Shown: positions 12,755 to 26,622 of the stretch, piece after piece
Position numbering within the stretch: position 1 is the first letter of the stretch
Layout: the number at the start of each line of letters is the position of its first letter
Assembly: GCA_951406725.2 (NCBI GenBank)
Contig: OX597827.1
Coordinates: 36,828,001 to 36,892,000 of the forward strand
Direction: 5' to 3'
From: Octopus vulgaris
Taxonomy: Eukaryota
DNA length: 64,000 nt
The notes under the pieces: generated by a model
Databases searched by the model: none
What the model saw: the letters and a program-made list of their open reading frames with translations, nothing else
Told to the model about the DNA's origin: nothing
Position numbers and translations under genes: made by a program

Positions 12755-12786
<32 letters not shown>

Positions 12787-12788
<2 letters not shown>

Positions 12789-13270
12789 GAGTGAGAGAGC
12801 AGTGCATGCCATCAAAGTGACACTGGGGTAAAATATACAATGCCTAATATACCCATCATGACTACCCGTCTGATAAGGGTACACTAGGCACATGCATCAC
12901 AACCATATGTGCACCACATAGTGATCTCATATCAAGATAAACAGCACATGTCCTTGCAGGTGGGGCCCAGTTAGCATTTTCTTCTGGTCAAGTAACCCAT
13001 CCTGCTCAAAAGTTCCTTGAATAAGGGTTATTTAAGGATGTTGAACAAAACATCCATGTTTCCAGAGGTGAATTATTCAAACCTCAGGGAATCCCTCTCA
13101 ACACATGGCTAAGATGCCCCCCCCTACTTTTGATCGTGATCAGAGATGCACATATCGTCAGCCACTAAGGGACATGGTCAACTGGTTAAGGTCAAACAAC
13201 TGACATGCAAATCTGTAGTATTGAGCTGAATATTTGCTGTAGCCCATCTTTTATACCAAGACAAGCATAC
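12787..13270 (-). repeat. Dispersed ~480-bp repeat with (TAA)n tail, probably a retroposon 3' end
   Basis: Clearly homologous to 62625-63110; both abut (TTA)n. Confidence 0.65.
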
Positions 13271-13443
13271 GTTGATTCCTCTGTAGTGTTGGTTAACATT
13301 TATGATAAAATAAATATATTCAACTTAATAAAAAAATATTCAGTATTGTTTCTACTTCGCAGATTTTCACCTATTGCAGGCTCAAAGCTTGAAATTTTGT
13401 GGGAGGAAGGTTAATCAATTAAATTAACCCAATGTTCAACTGT

Positions 13444-13463
13444 GCTGATACTACTACTGCTGA

Positions 13464-13522
<59 letters not shown>

Positions 13523-13676
13523 ATAATGATAATAATAATAATAATAATAATAACGTAATAATAATAATGTACTAATAATAATAATGTAATAATAATAATA
13601 ATAATAATGTAATAATAATAATGTAATAATAATAATGTACTAATAATAATAATGTAATAATAATAATGTAATAATA
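13444..13676. repeat. Compound (ACT)n/(AAT)n microsatellite
   Basis: Seen directly; it abuts the 5'-truncated LINE. Confidence 0.9.
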
Positions 13677-15270
13677 AGTATCTGGGTATTTAGGAGTGTG
13701 ACAAAATCAAGGAGAGTTAGATGGAAGAAAGCTTTAGGCAAGAATACTTCAGAAGAACCAAATTAATTATGGAGAATAAACTCAATGAAAAGAACAAGAT
13801 CAGGGCAGTGAATACATGGGCTGTCTCCTTAATGTGATATGATGCAGGTGTTGTTAAGTGGGCAAAGAATGAGCTTAAGGAAATGGATAGAAAAACCATG
13901 AAAATGATGACAATGAACAAGGAACTGCACCCCAAAAAGTGAAATTTGTAGACTGTATGTGCATAGATACAAGGTAGGAAGAGGTCTCATGAGATGCAAG
14001 ATGTGTGTTGACAGTAAGTAAAACAACAGATTGAACTTTTGGTTGTTGCTGTTAGAAATAGCAACAGATTACCCAGTGAAAATGTGACACACCCAAAAAA
14101 CATTTAAGAAACGAGATAGAGAACAAAAATTAAACAACTGGAAAGTGAAAGTGAAAGTGATGCATGGGCAATACCTCAGAAAAATGGAAAGGAAAGACAA
14201 GACTAATACTTGGAAGTGGCTAAGGAAAAGTGTTCTGAAAGGATACACTGAGGTATTGATATGCAATGCTCAAGAACAAGCACTGAGAAGTAATTACACC
14301 AAGTTCCAAATAGATAAGAGCAATGAATCACTCCTTTGTAGAATGTGGGGCAGCAAAAACAAAACAATTTCACATATTGTGAGTGAGTGTAGTAAACTGA
14401 CTCAAAAGGAATATAAAAGGAGGTATGATAACATAACAATTGCAGCGTGGAAGGTGTTTGTAAGCCATTTAAGAAACACACAAAAGCCGTTCGATTCACT
14501 TCAACATATAAGTTTAATTTGTCAAAATATTTTCGTCGCTTAATTTGATTTGTCAAACTTAAATGTTGAAGTGAATCGAATGGCTTTTGTGTGTTTCTTA
14601 AATGGCTTACAAACACCTTCCACGCTGCAATTGTTTTCGTTTCAGCACACGATCTCAGATCAAATCACTTGCTATGCAAGTACATCTCCGTAATATGATA
14701 ACATAGCTGTGAGTAAGTTTGTTCACTGGAGACTGTGTGAGAAGTATAGTCTTGAAAGAACACAGAAATGGTATGAACATGAACCAAGAGGCATCACTGA
14801 GAATAATGAGTATAAGATCTTATGGGATTTTGCAATCCAGTGTGATTCAGTGTTTGTTGCTGTGGATAAAAAGGAAGAAGGAAACCAAGATCGTAGATAT
14901 TGCCATACCTGGGAATGCACAAATTAGTGACAAAGAACTGGATAAGATTGAAAATTACAAGCTACCAAATGACGAAATTACATGAATGTGGGCCATGAAC
15001 AGAGTAACTGTCTTCTCAGTGGTTGTTGGGGCACTGGGAGCATTAGCAAGCAAGTTTGAGAAATATGTTGACAAAATTGGAATTGGTATGGGAGTAGAAC
15101 ACACTCAAAAAACTGCATTATGGGGGATAGCTAGGATCTTGAGATTGGCACTTGGGTATTAAGTATCATAGAAAGAGACCTTGTGAGACCATTGACAAAA
15201 GGTTGCTGTCTACTCATACAGAGATAGCTGGAGCAAGGAAAATTGGGAGCTCTGAGAAGTGAAATAGAAA
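13677..15270 (+). mobile_element. R4/Dong-clade non-LTR retrotransposon, 5'-truncated and decayed
   Basis: KYLGI, KIRAVNTWAVS, MDRKTMKMMTMNKELHPK, HGQYLR..QEQAL..CRMWG..TISHIVSEC, ILWDFAIQCD, VDIAIP, VVVGALG: RT C-terminus, CCHC and REL motifs. Flanked by AAT repeats. Confidence 0.8.
14436..14693. mobile_element. 258-bp foldback-plus-tail insertion with 12-bp TSD, probably PLE pLTR-derived
   Basis: TATGATAACATA at 14424-14435 and 14694-14705. Inverted arms 14436-~14515 and ~14554-14634; tail 14635-14693. Confidence 0.8.
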
Positions 15271-15602
15271 TGATAATAACAACAGTAATAATAATTTCTA
15301 ACACAGCTCAGGGCCACAAATTTGGATAGGGGCAACATCGGATTATATTGATTTAATACTTGACTGGTATTTTATTTTATTGAACCTAAAGGATGAAAAA
15401 TAAACTTGGCTTTGGTAGGATTTGAACTGAGACTGTAAAGAGCCAGAACATATACTGCAGAATTGTTCAATCTGAATTAGAACTCACATTTAAAACCAAT
15501 TAAGAAAGAGAGATGTAAGACAAACTGGACTCTCTAGCAGGACAATAAAATAATACTGAAAGAATTTTGTCAATAATAGAAGCTATCCCAATGTTAATAA
15601 TA

Positions 15603-15655
<53 letters not shown>

Positions 15656-15835
15656 AATGATGATGATATGAATTAAATATCTCAATGAGGAAGGTCAATG
15701 ACTTACAAAAATATCAGCCCTGGGCTTAGGTAAATTGCCTCACAACAATGAACAAAGATCTCAAATCAGTTCTTGAAATTAATGAAAGAGAACAGAACTA
15801 GTTAGGATTTGTTCCTGTAGTCATTGTAGTTCCAT

Positions 15836-15876
<41 letters not shown>

Positions 15877-17583
15877 TGATCATTCTCTGTAGAATCCCAC
15901 AAAGTAATTGAAATACTCTGTTAATGATTAAATAGTTCTTTTCCTCATTTGCCCAGTGCTATACATGCAAATTGTGGAGACTGCAGAATTGATTGTAAAG
16001 CTTTTATTAGGGAAGGTAACTTTTCCTGACAGGTGGGAGCTTTTGTTTTTTGTGTATGCCAGAAAGGTTATTACCCATGACCTTCACAGACAGCTCCAAG
16101 ATTGGTAAAGTTGATACTGTTTTTGTTCCATTTAAATTGTCGAAGGTTATCACCTACAGGAAAGACATGGGCAAGAAGATTCCTAGGGGAAGATGTTCTA
16201 GGGAGAAAGAACTAAGAATAATGATTAGTGTTGGGGTAAAAAGAGCAGATATACCAAGAATGATAAAATGTGGAAAAAGAAGTGGGTCAAGGGGTGCCTG
16301 TGTGGTGGAGGCATGAAATCAACCAACTCTGAGGAACAGAGGCCATTGTAGTAGCATTAGAAAAGACAGATGTGTAATGTTGATTATTAGCTGTATGGTA
16401 CCTTGAACGAGAAATTGTTTTCTGTTAGAGCTATAGGTCAAGGAAAACTTTGTGAGTGATATTTCGGTAGATAGAAACTCTGTGGAAGCTTGTCAGAGGG
16501 ACTGCTCCTTATATTAGGTGTTAGACTTAACCTGTTGCAACAAGATCCACTTTGTAGAATCTTTTGAGTCTGGTCTCCAGTCTGAAGGTAAATTCTTCCT
16601 TCCTTTCTACCAATTTTGGTGACCTTGGAACTGTACAAGAACAGTACTTCTCTTCCTGTGACTAAACCTATTAAAAAAAACAAAATCTGATAATGCCTTA
16701 CTGCAAACTATAAATAAATAATAAACTAATGACTAAAACTTATAAAAAAAAACTCAACAACCACATTATACATTATTAATGCTATCTTCAGAATTAGCTT
16801 CAGTTGGTTCAGTAACTGTTTGTTTATTTTCTCCAAAAGCCAAAATATCATAATTTAGATATAACTAGTAACTATACGAGTGTAAAATATAGAAGGTTAT
16901 TTAAAAGTGTTCACTAGAGAAGATTTTGGGTTGATTGGATTAAAATATTGAGTCCATTCAGTTTTGTTTTTGGTACTTGACCCAGTGCTACAACAATAGC
17001 ACAACTATTATTATTTTTGTTATTATTTTACTGGTTACAGCCATTAGAATTGGTCATACTGGGGCAGTGCCTTCAGGGATTTTAGTTGATTGTATTAACT
17101 CCAATACTGATTTCAGTCTGTTAGCAATTTTATCGATCTCTGTTTATCAGATGGTTATGTTACTTTTTGATGTAAAGTGACACCACTCTAGACACAGGTA
17201 TACACTTTAAACATACTCAGTTGTATAGTGCATGTGCATACATGGATGCATGTGTGTGTGTATGTATGTTCATCTAACCAAATCTAGCATGGGAAAATAG
17301 ATGTGAAATGACATATATATATATTTATACAGCAGGTATCACACTGTAGAAAAGTGCTATATAATGGGATCAAACATAATCTGTGTTATTGCAAAGCAAA
17401 ATTTGTTACTACTAATTGCAATGACTAATCCATAACAGGTGATACTCACAAAGCATTACAGGTATGGTCTTAAATACGAAGGAACTCAGAGTTTCTCACC
17501 ATGTCTTTCCATCTAATACTCAAGGCATTTGATATTAGAGACTTTTTTAGAATGACATCTGTTGTCCACGTTTCACTACAATA

Positions 17584-18125
17584 TATCAGGTCATCCCATA
17601 AGTTCTGTCCGATTTTACCCTTTTTAAAATTGAATGAAATTTAATGATATTTTAGAATGTCTAATGGAATTAAAAATTATTTTTATGCATTTGCATACAT
17701 TTAAACTAATTAAATATTATTTCACAGAATTAAAGAATTAAAATTTCTTTGATTAAAACCCCTTCTTAACATGGAAGTATTCAAAGAGCATTTGAGGCAC
17801 ATAGTGCTTTATGAGTACAAAAAAGGAAACTCTGCAGCCAAAGCGACTCAAAACATATACTCAGTTTATGGGAAAGAATACTTGAATGAAAAAACCTGCA
17901 GAAGATGGTTTGCAAAATTCAGAAGTGGAGATTTCAACCTTGAAGATGAAGATCAAACAGGATGTCCAGTTGAGTTTCATGATAAGCTCCTTGAGGCATT
18001 ACTTGAAGAAAATCCTGCATTATCAGCTGAAGAATTGGCAATAAAGCTTAGTTCATTGTCATCTTCAACAACTTAGAAAGGTTCCTAAACTTGGAAAATG
18101 GGTGCCTCATGAATTGTCCAAAAGC
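17584..18125 (+). mobile_element. Mariner transposon 5' fragment (TIR plus HTH part of transposase)
   Basis: TIR-like tatcaggtcatcccataagttc. ORF 17771-18076 RHIVLYEYKKG..RRWFAKFRSGDFNLED, then KLGKWVPHELS at ~18087-18120. Confidence 0.85.
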
Positions 18126-19410
18126 AATCGCATCTCCATTCTTGCAATGTCTCTCCACAGAAATCAGTCACCTCACTACCCATGTGACATGGGACATGGC
18201 CATTCAACTCTTGAAAGTCTAAGGCCGGCCTGATCTTACCCTTCATTGGCTGCACCACTGCCATTAGTGGCAGCACTCTGCTCTTCACTTCCTCCTTGCA
18301 CAGGATTAGGATACCCTCCTTGATTCATCTATCTACCTCTCCTTCAAACTCACTCCTGCAATCTCCTTTCAAGGTATACTGATAACAGCTTAGCCTGTTC
18401 TCAACGTTGAGGGCTCCCCTTTCCAGCACCACTCAAACATCCACTGTTGACCATTGAACACTGCCTGAAAATTTTTATCTTCAATGGTACCCATGCTAGC
18501 ATGGAAAGCGGACGTTAAACGATGATGATGACGATGATGATGGTGTGGACAGTACAATCCTCCCTAGGGTTCTGCCCACTCTCTTGTTGCATACTCACAG
18601 CACATGATGCCCCTGCATCACCAAATGAAACTGTGTCTCCACTAATAATGACGCCTCCTAGGTGGTTGATTGCATCCATGCCTATCACCACATCAATTCC
18701 ATCTACCACATGGTCAATCACAATTACCCGCAGTCTTAGTGTTGTAGTGCCCCACACTGTCATCTCTACTTTACTGCTACCTTTACATCTAATTTCGTTG
18801 CCATTGACTGCCTGAACATTAGTTGTCCCCTTCCACTTTTTTGTCACCCTTGGGATCATGAGAGACGTTGTACAGTCCATATCCATGAGGGCTTTGAATG
18901 CCTTTCCTCCAGCTTGGACTTCAACTTTAGGCAGTAACTGCATGAGAGCCTTTATTTGCTCATGGGGAAAGTTTGAGAGGCAACAACTTCCTCATGATCT
19001 TTTCCCTGGCTGTTCTGCTTGTACTAGTAGCATATGGGTTTGGGCTTCGTCTCTGCACAGTTCCTTGCCATGTGAAGTCCCTGGCACTTGAAACACTAGC
19101 CCATAAACGGTTGCTGCCTCACCTTGCAGCTTTTCTCTCCTCATTCTTCGCCGATTGTCATATGATGCTGTGGGTTTCCACAGCTGCCATTGCCACTACA
19201 TTTGGGTGTTGACATATGGGCTTGAGTAATGAATTTGCTCATCACCATTTTCTCACTGTCCAGCAGTTGTTGCAGCCACACCAATATGTCATCAGGGAAT
19301 CCTTTTACAAAAGTCAACCATGCTGTCTTTTCTAGTCCCTCTCCAGTAAAACCAGATAGCATGACCAGCCTCCAAGTTTCTGCTGCATACACATCCACCT
19401 GTTCTCCTTA
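18126..19410 (-). mobile_element. Ty3/Gypsy-like gag-protease-RT fragment, decayed
   Basis: Gag-like ORF 19141-19398; aspartic protease-like FKALMDMDCTTSL..DVVIGMDAI (18515-18943); RT start VQPMKGKIRPALDFQELN (18085-18288). Confidence 0.7.
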
Positions 19411-21066
19411 ATCATCACAATAGCTGCATTACTGATTCCCTTTGTAATCTCAGTTTTTTAAAATAAGTTGTTCATTGTAATTGAGCCTAGATATCTGAAG
19501 TTGTCTACTACTTTCACTGTGGAGCCATTAATGGAAAATGAAGGAAAGATGTAGTGCATCATAAGTCATAATCTCAGTTCTCTTTATGCTTACAATGAGG
19601 GCAAAATCAGTGCATGTATGTGGTTGATGAGAGCTGAATCTTCTTCAAAAAGCATTTATCTGTGAGTTATTTTAGACATATTGGATGTCTTGCAAACAAC
19701 TTGCACATGCAAGTCAAGTGCTACCAGTCAAAAACTCTGCATACCGGAAGCTAGCAAGTGTATGGGGTCATCACGAGAGAATGCACACCGTTTTGGGGCC
19801 TACCTCTCGACGGCATCAATGCACACTGGCCCCACCTCACTGATATGAGGCCCGCTTGCTAGATCAGCTGGTTATCAAATAAAGCTCAATATTCTACTAG
19901 CCATTGCTCATCGTCCCTTTTTAACCAAATCCAGTGGCTAGCCTTCTCCACTGTAGTTTGGATATATCTGAGAAGAGTATGAGTTGTTTTAGTCTTGGGA
20001 TACAAACAGGATAAGTTTACAACTTACCATCATGTCATCATGTAAGGAGAGATGAAAAAACAGTTGGAGCAAACATGTTGCCTCACTTGACTCTACTAAG
20101 GATCAGAAAAAATTTTTGGTTGAGTCACTGTGAATAGCTAACGTTGCCCTTCAGACAACTGTGTGATGATCAGATTATGTTAAACAAGTTTGATGGACAA
20201 CCTGATCTGTGTAGTAGCTGGAAAAGTCCATTGCAATTGATGCTACCCCTTGCATTTAGAGTAGTCTCTCAGGAAATATCTTCTCAGTAGACCATTGATC
20301 TGATGAAATTCTATACTGTGTAATTGCAATCAACTATCACCTGTAATTTAGTGAGAAAACCTGAACGGATACCCTGCAGACAATATGGATAAGGGATATT
20401 CCATAATGACTTTTATGATCACTGTAGTCATATAGTCATGTTTACTCGTGAATAGGGTGAAAATCTTTGCATCTCTCACTTTGCCCACCTTTCTAGCAGA
20501 GACAGAAGAGGTGCAGTCTAGAGATGTAAGTTTGGTGGCAGTGTGGTTGCAGGAGTTGCTGTAAAATCTACCAAATAGTCATATCTTATCATCTCTGGAG
20601 TTCCATTCTGATATTTCTATTAGGTTTTGTTTCCCGTAGCTTCATGTTGTCTTTAGCATTCACATAACAATGAGACAGGCTGTTCAACCTATAGCTGGGC
20701 ATCTGCTGATGAGCAGTAAAGTGTGATCGCAAACTGGTGGCTTATACGCTATATCTCTGGAAGAAGTCTACCATTGAGTTATTGGTAGTGTTACCCTGAA
20801 ATTTTACAGCCTTGAATGATTGTGAGTCATCACGATAAGATACTGTCAAAAATTTGCTTCTGGAGAAATTGTGTAATAGGAAGCTCTCTATTTTGCATTT
20901 CTGTATGTCAGAAGTGAAAGCTAGAAGTAAGAGGATGATTAGCATCTAACCAACCTCACTGACACGTTAGATACATAACAGTAACTAAGTATTACATGTG
21001 CCCACACACAAATACACATGTATGTATGCATGTGTATACTTTTATGTTTATGTATTTATGAATATA

Positions 21067-21222
<156 letters not shown>

Positions 21223-21974
21223 ATGCATGTGTGTATATATATGTATGCATATATTTATATATGTGTATACACATACTCATAAATATGCACACACACACAA
21301 ACACAAACACACACACACACACGTATGCAAGCATGCACGTGCATGATATATATCCTGAAAACCAGCCATTAACAGGTCTTTGCAGTTCCACAATCCCATT
21401 GTTACAGTGCCCATACACAGTTATGGTTAGAATTTTCATTATCATTTAAATTGAACAAAAGTATGTAACCACTTCCTGCCCCCTCCCTGCTCCCTGATTT
21501 TCTCACTTACCAAATATAATCAATAGTAATGAATAACAAATGGCTTGACATCAAAAGTAAAATAATCACAACATTCTCCTTATTTATTATTCTATAAACC
21601 GCATTACCATTTCTGAAAATATAAAGTTGCAATTTTTGGTTGCGTGCTTTGTCAGGGCAGTCCAAGTAAGAAAAGACAAGACCCCTTCTCTAGAAAAGAG
21701 AAGAAAAATGTAAAAAAATATAAAAATAACTAAAGCAAAATATACGATAAAGAATAAAATCTAAAGCTAGAACGAGAAGGGAATGTTTGTTCTGTGAATT
21801 AAATAAAGATTTTTTGCAGTGATATGGATGAGAAAAATTTTAATAATTCTGTTGCAACAACTATAGTTGAAGTTTATATTAGTGTCCTTTGAAGAAAATG
21901 GTTTTTATCAGTTATTTCAGACTTAATTCTGTTACTATGGTTTGAAATGGTAGCTTACACATACCTACATATAT

Positions 21975-22029
<55 letters not shown>

Positions 22030-22032
<3 letters not shown>

Positions 22033-22455
22033 TCTCTTATTCTTTTGCTTGTTTCAGTCATTTGACTGCAGCCATGCTGGGGCACTGCCTTGAAGAATTT
22101 TAATTGAACAAATCAACTCCAGGACTTATTTTTTTTGAAGCCTAGTACTTATTCTATCAACATCTTTTGCTGAACCACTAAGTCATGGGTGCATAAACAT
22201 ACAGACACCAGTTGTGAAGTGGTGATGGAGGGACAAACACATACACAAAGACACACACACATATAGATATATACATATACACATATATATAACGGGCTTC
22301 TTTCAGTTTCTGTCTACCAAATCCACTCACAAGGCTTTGGTTAGCCTGAGGCTATAGTGGACGACACTTGCCCTGGGTGCCATGCAGTCGGACTAAACCC
22401 AGAACCATGTGGTTGAGAAGTAAACCTCTTACCATACAGTTACATCTATGCCTGT
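22030..22455 (-). mobile_element. tRNA-headed SINE family B
   Basis: Reverse-complement homologue of 31287-31690. Confidence 0.7.
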
Positions 22456-22697
22456 AAATATTAACTTTTTACTTCAGTCATTGGACTGTGACCATGCTGG
22501 GGCACAACCTTGAAAGTTTTAGTGCTTCTGTGTTGGTGATCTGCTAAGTTAAAGAGACATAAACAAGCCTACACAGGTTATTAAACCAGGAGGGACAAAA
22601 ACACAGACATGTAAAAACGCATGCACACACATAAACATGTATATATGATTACTTTGTAACTTCTGCTGATTAAATATGGTAATAATAATTCTTTATA

Positions 22698-22745
<48 letters not shown>

Positions 22746-22932
22746 CATCTATCTATACACACGCACATACATATTTATGTACTGACTCCTTCTTGCAATC
22801 CGTAACCTCACATCTCTGAGCATAAAACCGCCTCTGTCTCTATTGTAGCTCTGTTCATTTAAAGGGGATCTTAGGCTTGTGAACTGCATTGGGACCTCAC
22901 TGATATTGCTGTCACACACACACTCACTCACT

Positions 22933-22964
<32 letters not shown>

Positions 22965-23429
22965 CACACACACAAATACAATCTGTAAAGAGGTTGGCAT
23001 TACGAACAATATCCAGCCATAGAAACCATGGCAAAGTAGACACCCAAGAGTTACACAATCCTCATACTTGTCAGAATCTGTCAAACCATCCAACCCATGC
23101 TATCATGGAAGGCAGATGTTGAATAAGTAATGGTAATGCAGATGATATCTCTTTTGTGGTTGGATATCCTTAATATTTCTAGCTACTTCACTGTGAACTG
23201 GGTTCAATTTACCATGTCACTAGAACTAGTGAGTTTGCCAGAACTAGTGATTGAGACAAGATCAATGGGAGAAAACTAGAATGATAAGAATGAGAGGGTG
23301 ATGGATAGAGAGATAGATAGATAGATAGATAGATAGGCAGATAGACAGATAGGTAGGTAGGTAGGTGGGTGGGCAGGCGGGCGGGTGGGCAGGCAGGCAG
23401 GTAGGCAGAGTGAGAAAAATTGATGGCTA

Positions 23430-24530
23430 GCAATAAATAAGTGGTAGGCAGGGATGACTTTCTCTGTCCCAGACATCATCACTGCAATAAATGAAACCAA
23501 GTATTTTTCTGCAGTAGGCCCTTATAGGATTTACCACTAGAGTCCTGAAGAAGAGCAGACTCTAAATTGCAACTCTTCTAACCAACCTCTGGAGAAAGTC
23601 TTTAGACTCTGATCTTTAGAATCAAACTACATACCAAAGCACGTCTTTTCTCAAAAACATCAGAGAAGACCAAATAAAACTTGTCTGATCTGCATGCTGT
23701 GAGTCAGAGGGTGGACAAAAACAACATGCTGTTAAATGAGTGAAGATTTGATCTCATGCACTTCAAAAAAGAGAATGCACTCTTACAACCATATTCTCTT
23801 CCTCCAGGAGAACTATTTCTGGCATCCAATAATATCAGAGACTTAACAAGAATCTAACATCCACAATAAAGTTGATATGGCTCACAGGACAAGTTCTTGG
23901 ATCCTCAGAGGGCCAGATGTCATCATTCCCTTTTTCTTCCCCTTTGTATGGCCACACTCAGAATACTGTGGTTACCTTGTATCAAACAAAATATGATAAT
24001 TGAGTCAACCCAGAGAGCAATCACTAAAAAAATAAAAGGCATAACTAATCTTTATTATTGGAACCAAATTAAAACTGTGAAACTTTATTCTCTCCAGCAC
24101 CATCAGTACTATATTCTCGATGGTGTGGAGATTATTGCACTGCATTGCCCAAAAACCCTTAACATCAAGTTCAGAATTCATACAAGGCTGGGATCCTGTG
24201 CAATGTTCCCCTACACAATTCAGCTACTCAACATGTAAATACACTGCAGCACAATTACTTTTGTACAATAGGCTCTACTCTATTTAACATCATCCCAAAA
24301 CAAGTTGAAGGGGAAAAAGATCTCATCTCTTTCAACTGACATCGAGACAAATTTATTTGAGAAATACCATACAAATCACTTAGAACTGGATACATCTCAG
24401 TCAATAATTACTCCCTACTTGAATGGGGAATGAGACCACACAACTTGACTTAACAAATCCTATCAGGATGTGCTTTTATGTTAGACATGGCCTGGCCAAT
24501 TTATGGCTGAAACATACCTAAATTTAAGTT
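23430..24530 (+). mobile_element. CR1/L2-like LINE 3' fragment, decayed
   Basis: DLHAVSQRVDKNNMLLNE, IRDL, RPHSEYC..W.P, IESTQRAITKKIKGI..L.YW..IK..KLYSLQ: typical CR1-group RT C-terminus. Confidence 0.65.
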
Positions 24531-24563
24531 TGAATTGAAATATATACATGTGTGTGAATGTTT

Positions 24564-24606
<43 letters not shown>

Positions 24607-24749
24607 CTTACATACATGTATAACTATATGTGTATATTTATATATATTTCATATAAATATAAATGAATATATACTTATCTGTCCATCTGTCTGTCTATAT
24701 GTATATATGTATGTATGTATATTTATACATATTTATATATATGTATATT

Positions 24750-24810
<61 letters not shown>

Positions 24811-24973
24811 CGTATGTATTTTTATTCATATTTCTATATATGTATATCTATGTATGTATATATATATGTATGTATATTTATACAGATTTATGTATGCGTA
24901 TTTGTATGTATATTTATATATATATGCGTGTGTGTGTGTTTGTGTATGCATATACATATGTGTCTGTCTGTGT

Positions 24974-25019
<46 letters not shown>

Positions 25020-25049
25020 TTGCATGCCTATAAGTAGATTAAATATCTA

Positions 25050-26381
25050 AATGTCTGAGATAAGTTATTGTTAATACAATTATAATTATTCAGACTATTA
25101 ACTTCCATCTTTAGAGATAAAACAGTTTTCATATATTTACATCTCCATTAAGTCTCCGTTGGTTTGAAGCTGGTGTAATGTTGTCTCAAACATCACTCCA
25201 TTGATGTATGAACATTTAGTGCTTAGTGTTTGTGGTTTTATTCACTCTCTCTCACAGTAAAGGCAAACATAGCTTACCCTTGTGAGGGGCTTTTCACCAG
25301 GTACTCTATGTGGGTACTACTTTACTCATTGTGGTTCTATTTTAGTTAAGGACATTTCAATCTTTATCACTGTATTATTTTACTTTTCTCACTAAAGATT
25401 TTCAGCTCAACTTCACTTATATGTATCATTTACTGTTAAGAATTGTTGGTGATCCTTTATTCTGATTCTTAGAAGGCCTCTCTATCTCCTCTATAAGATC
25501 TGAAAATGAAGATGGCTGTTATAGCTGTTATAGTTCTTATGTTTTGGCCATTCCTGTGTGGGTTAGTTGTACTAGTTCTTCTCTGGTGTTGATGATAAGA
25601 AGGGAGATTTGGGATTTGATAGGTGTTACTTGTAACTATGTTGCTGTGGAGCCATGTTTCCTGGTGGAAGTGTTTATATTGCAGTGTCTGGATGGAGATA
25701 AAAAGATGCAAAGGTGATGTCATCTGTGCATGGGACTGTCTGCATATTTTGTAGAAGTGTGAAAAATCAAGTTGGTGTTAACTGAAAAGAGTGACAGGAC
25801 AGATCCCTATGGTACCCCATATGGGAAACTGCTGGTTCTACATGTGTTGTTCTCATAATTAGAGATGAGGATGTGTAGGCTGGGTGAGTGATGTCAAGCC
25901 TTAGCTTTGTTAGAATTTAGGAGAGTGATGGATCTGTATGATGTTACATCACTTCTAGTCTTTTTACACTTTAGAATTGTTCTAATTCGGCCCAGTTTCA
26001 AGATTCTGAGATTTTAACAGTTTTTATACAAGTAGTTGTAAAAATTGTCAGTGCAATGTTTCCCTTACATCTTAGGTGTTTTAGGTGTTTATAATTTTGT
26101 CTGACTTTGAGGTTTTTGACTTTTCTATTGTTGTTGAGAGTGTGTGGTAGAAAGGTAAAGGTGAAGATTGTAGGCCAGGTGGAAGGTGTGTATTTTCAGT
26201 TTTATATTCATGTCTTATTTGTGAGGTTTAGAGTAGATTATTTTTGAGAAATACTGCCCAGAGGATTTGCTTAGTGTTGTGATGTGGCTATTTTATCTGA
26301 TGCTGTTATTGTGACATGGGGTGTTGTTGTTGATAATTACTCTATATTGTATTATTTATATACACCCTATATATATATAGG

Positions 26382-26412
<31 letters not shown>

Positions 26413-26622
26413 CAAAATGTGACCTTGTGTGTACCGTTGGCGATTTTTTTCCTCTGTCTTCCCTTCTCTGGATCTTTCCTTCTCCTATGTTTCCGATGAA
26501 GAGCTCCGCTTGAAACGTTAAACCCTCCTTCTTTCCTTCTTTCCTGAGCGTCCAATAATACTATATTTGTTCCACGTCCTCGCGTTGTTGTGTTTTTTTT
26601 TTGTGCTTTCTTGTTTGGATTA

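Noticed and set aside
23538-23564. agagtc-CTGAAGA-agagca-gactct hairpin
   Set aside because: No GAAA half or stem III; lies inside a LINE remnant.
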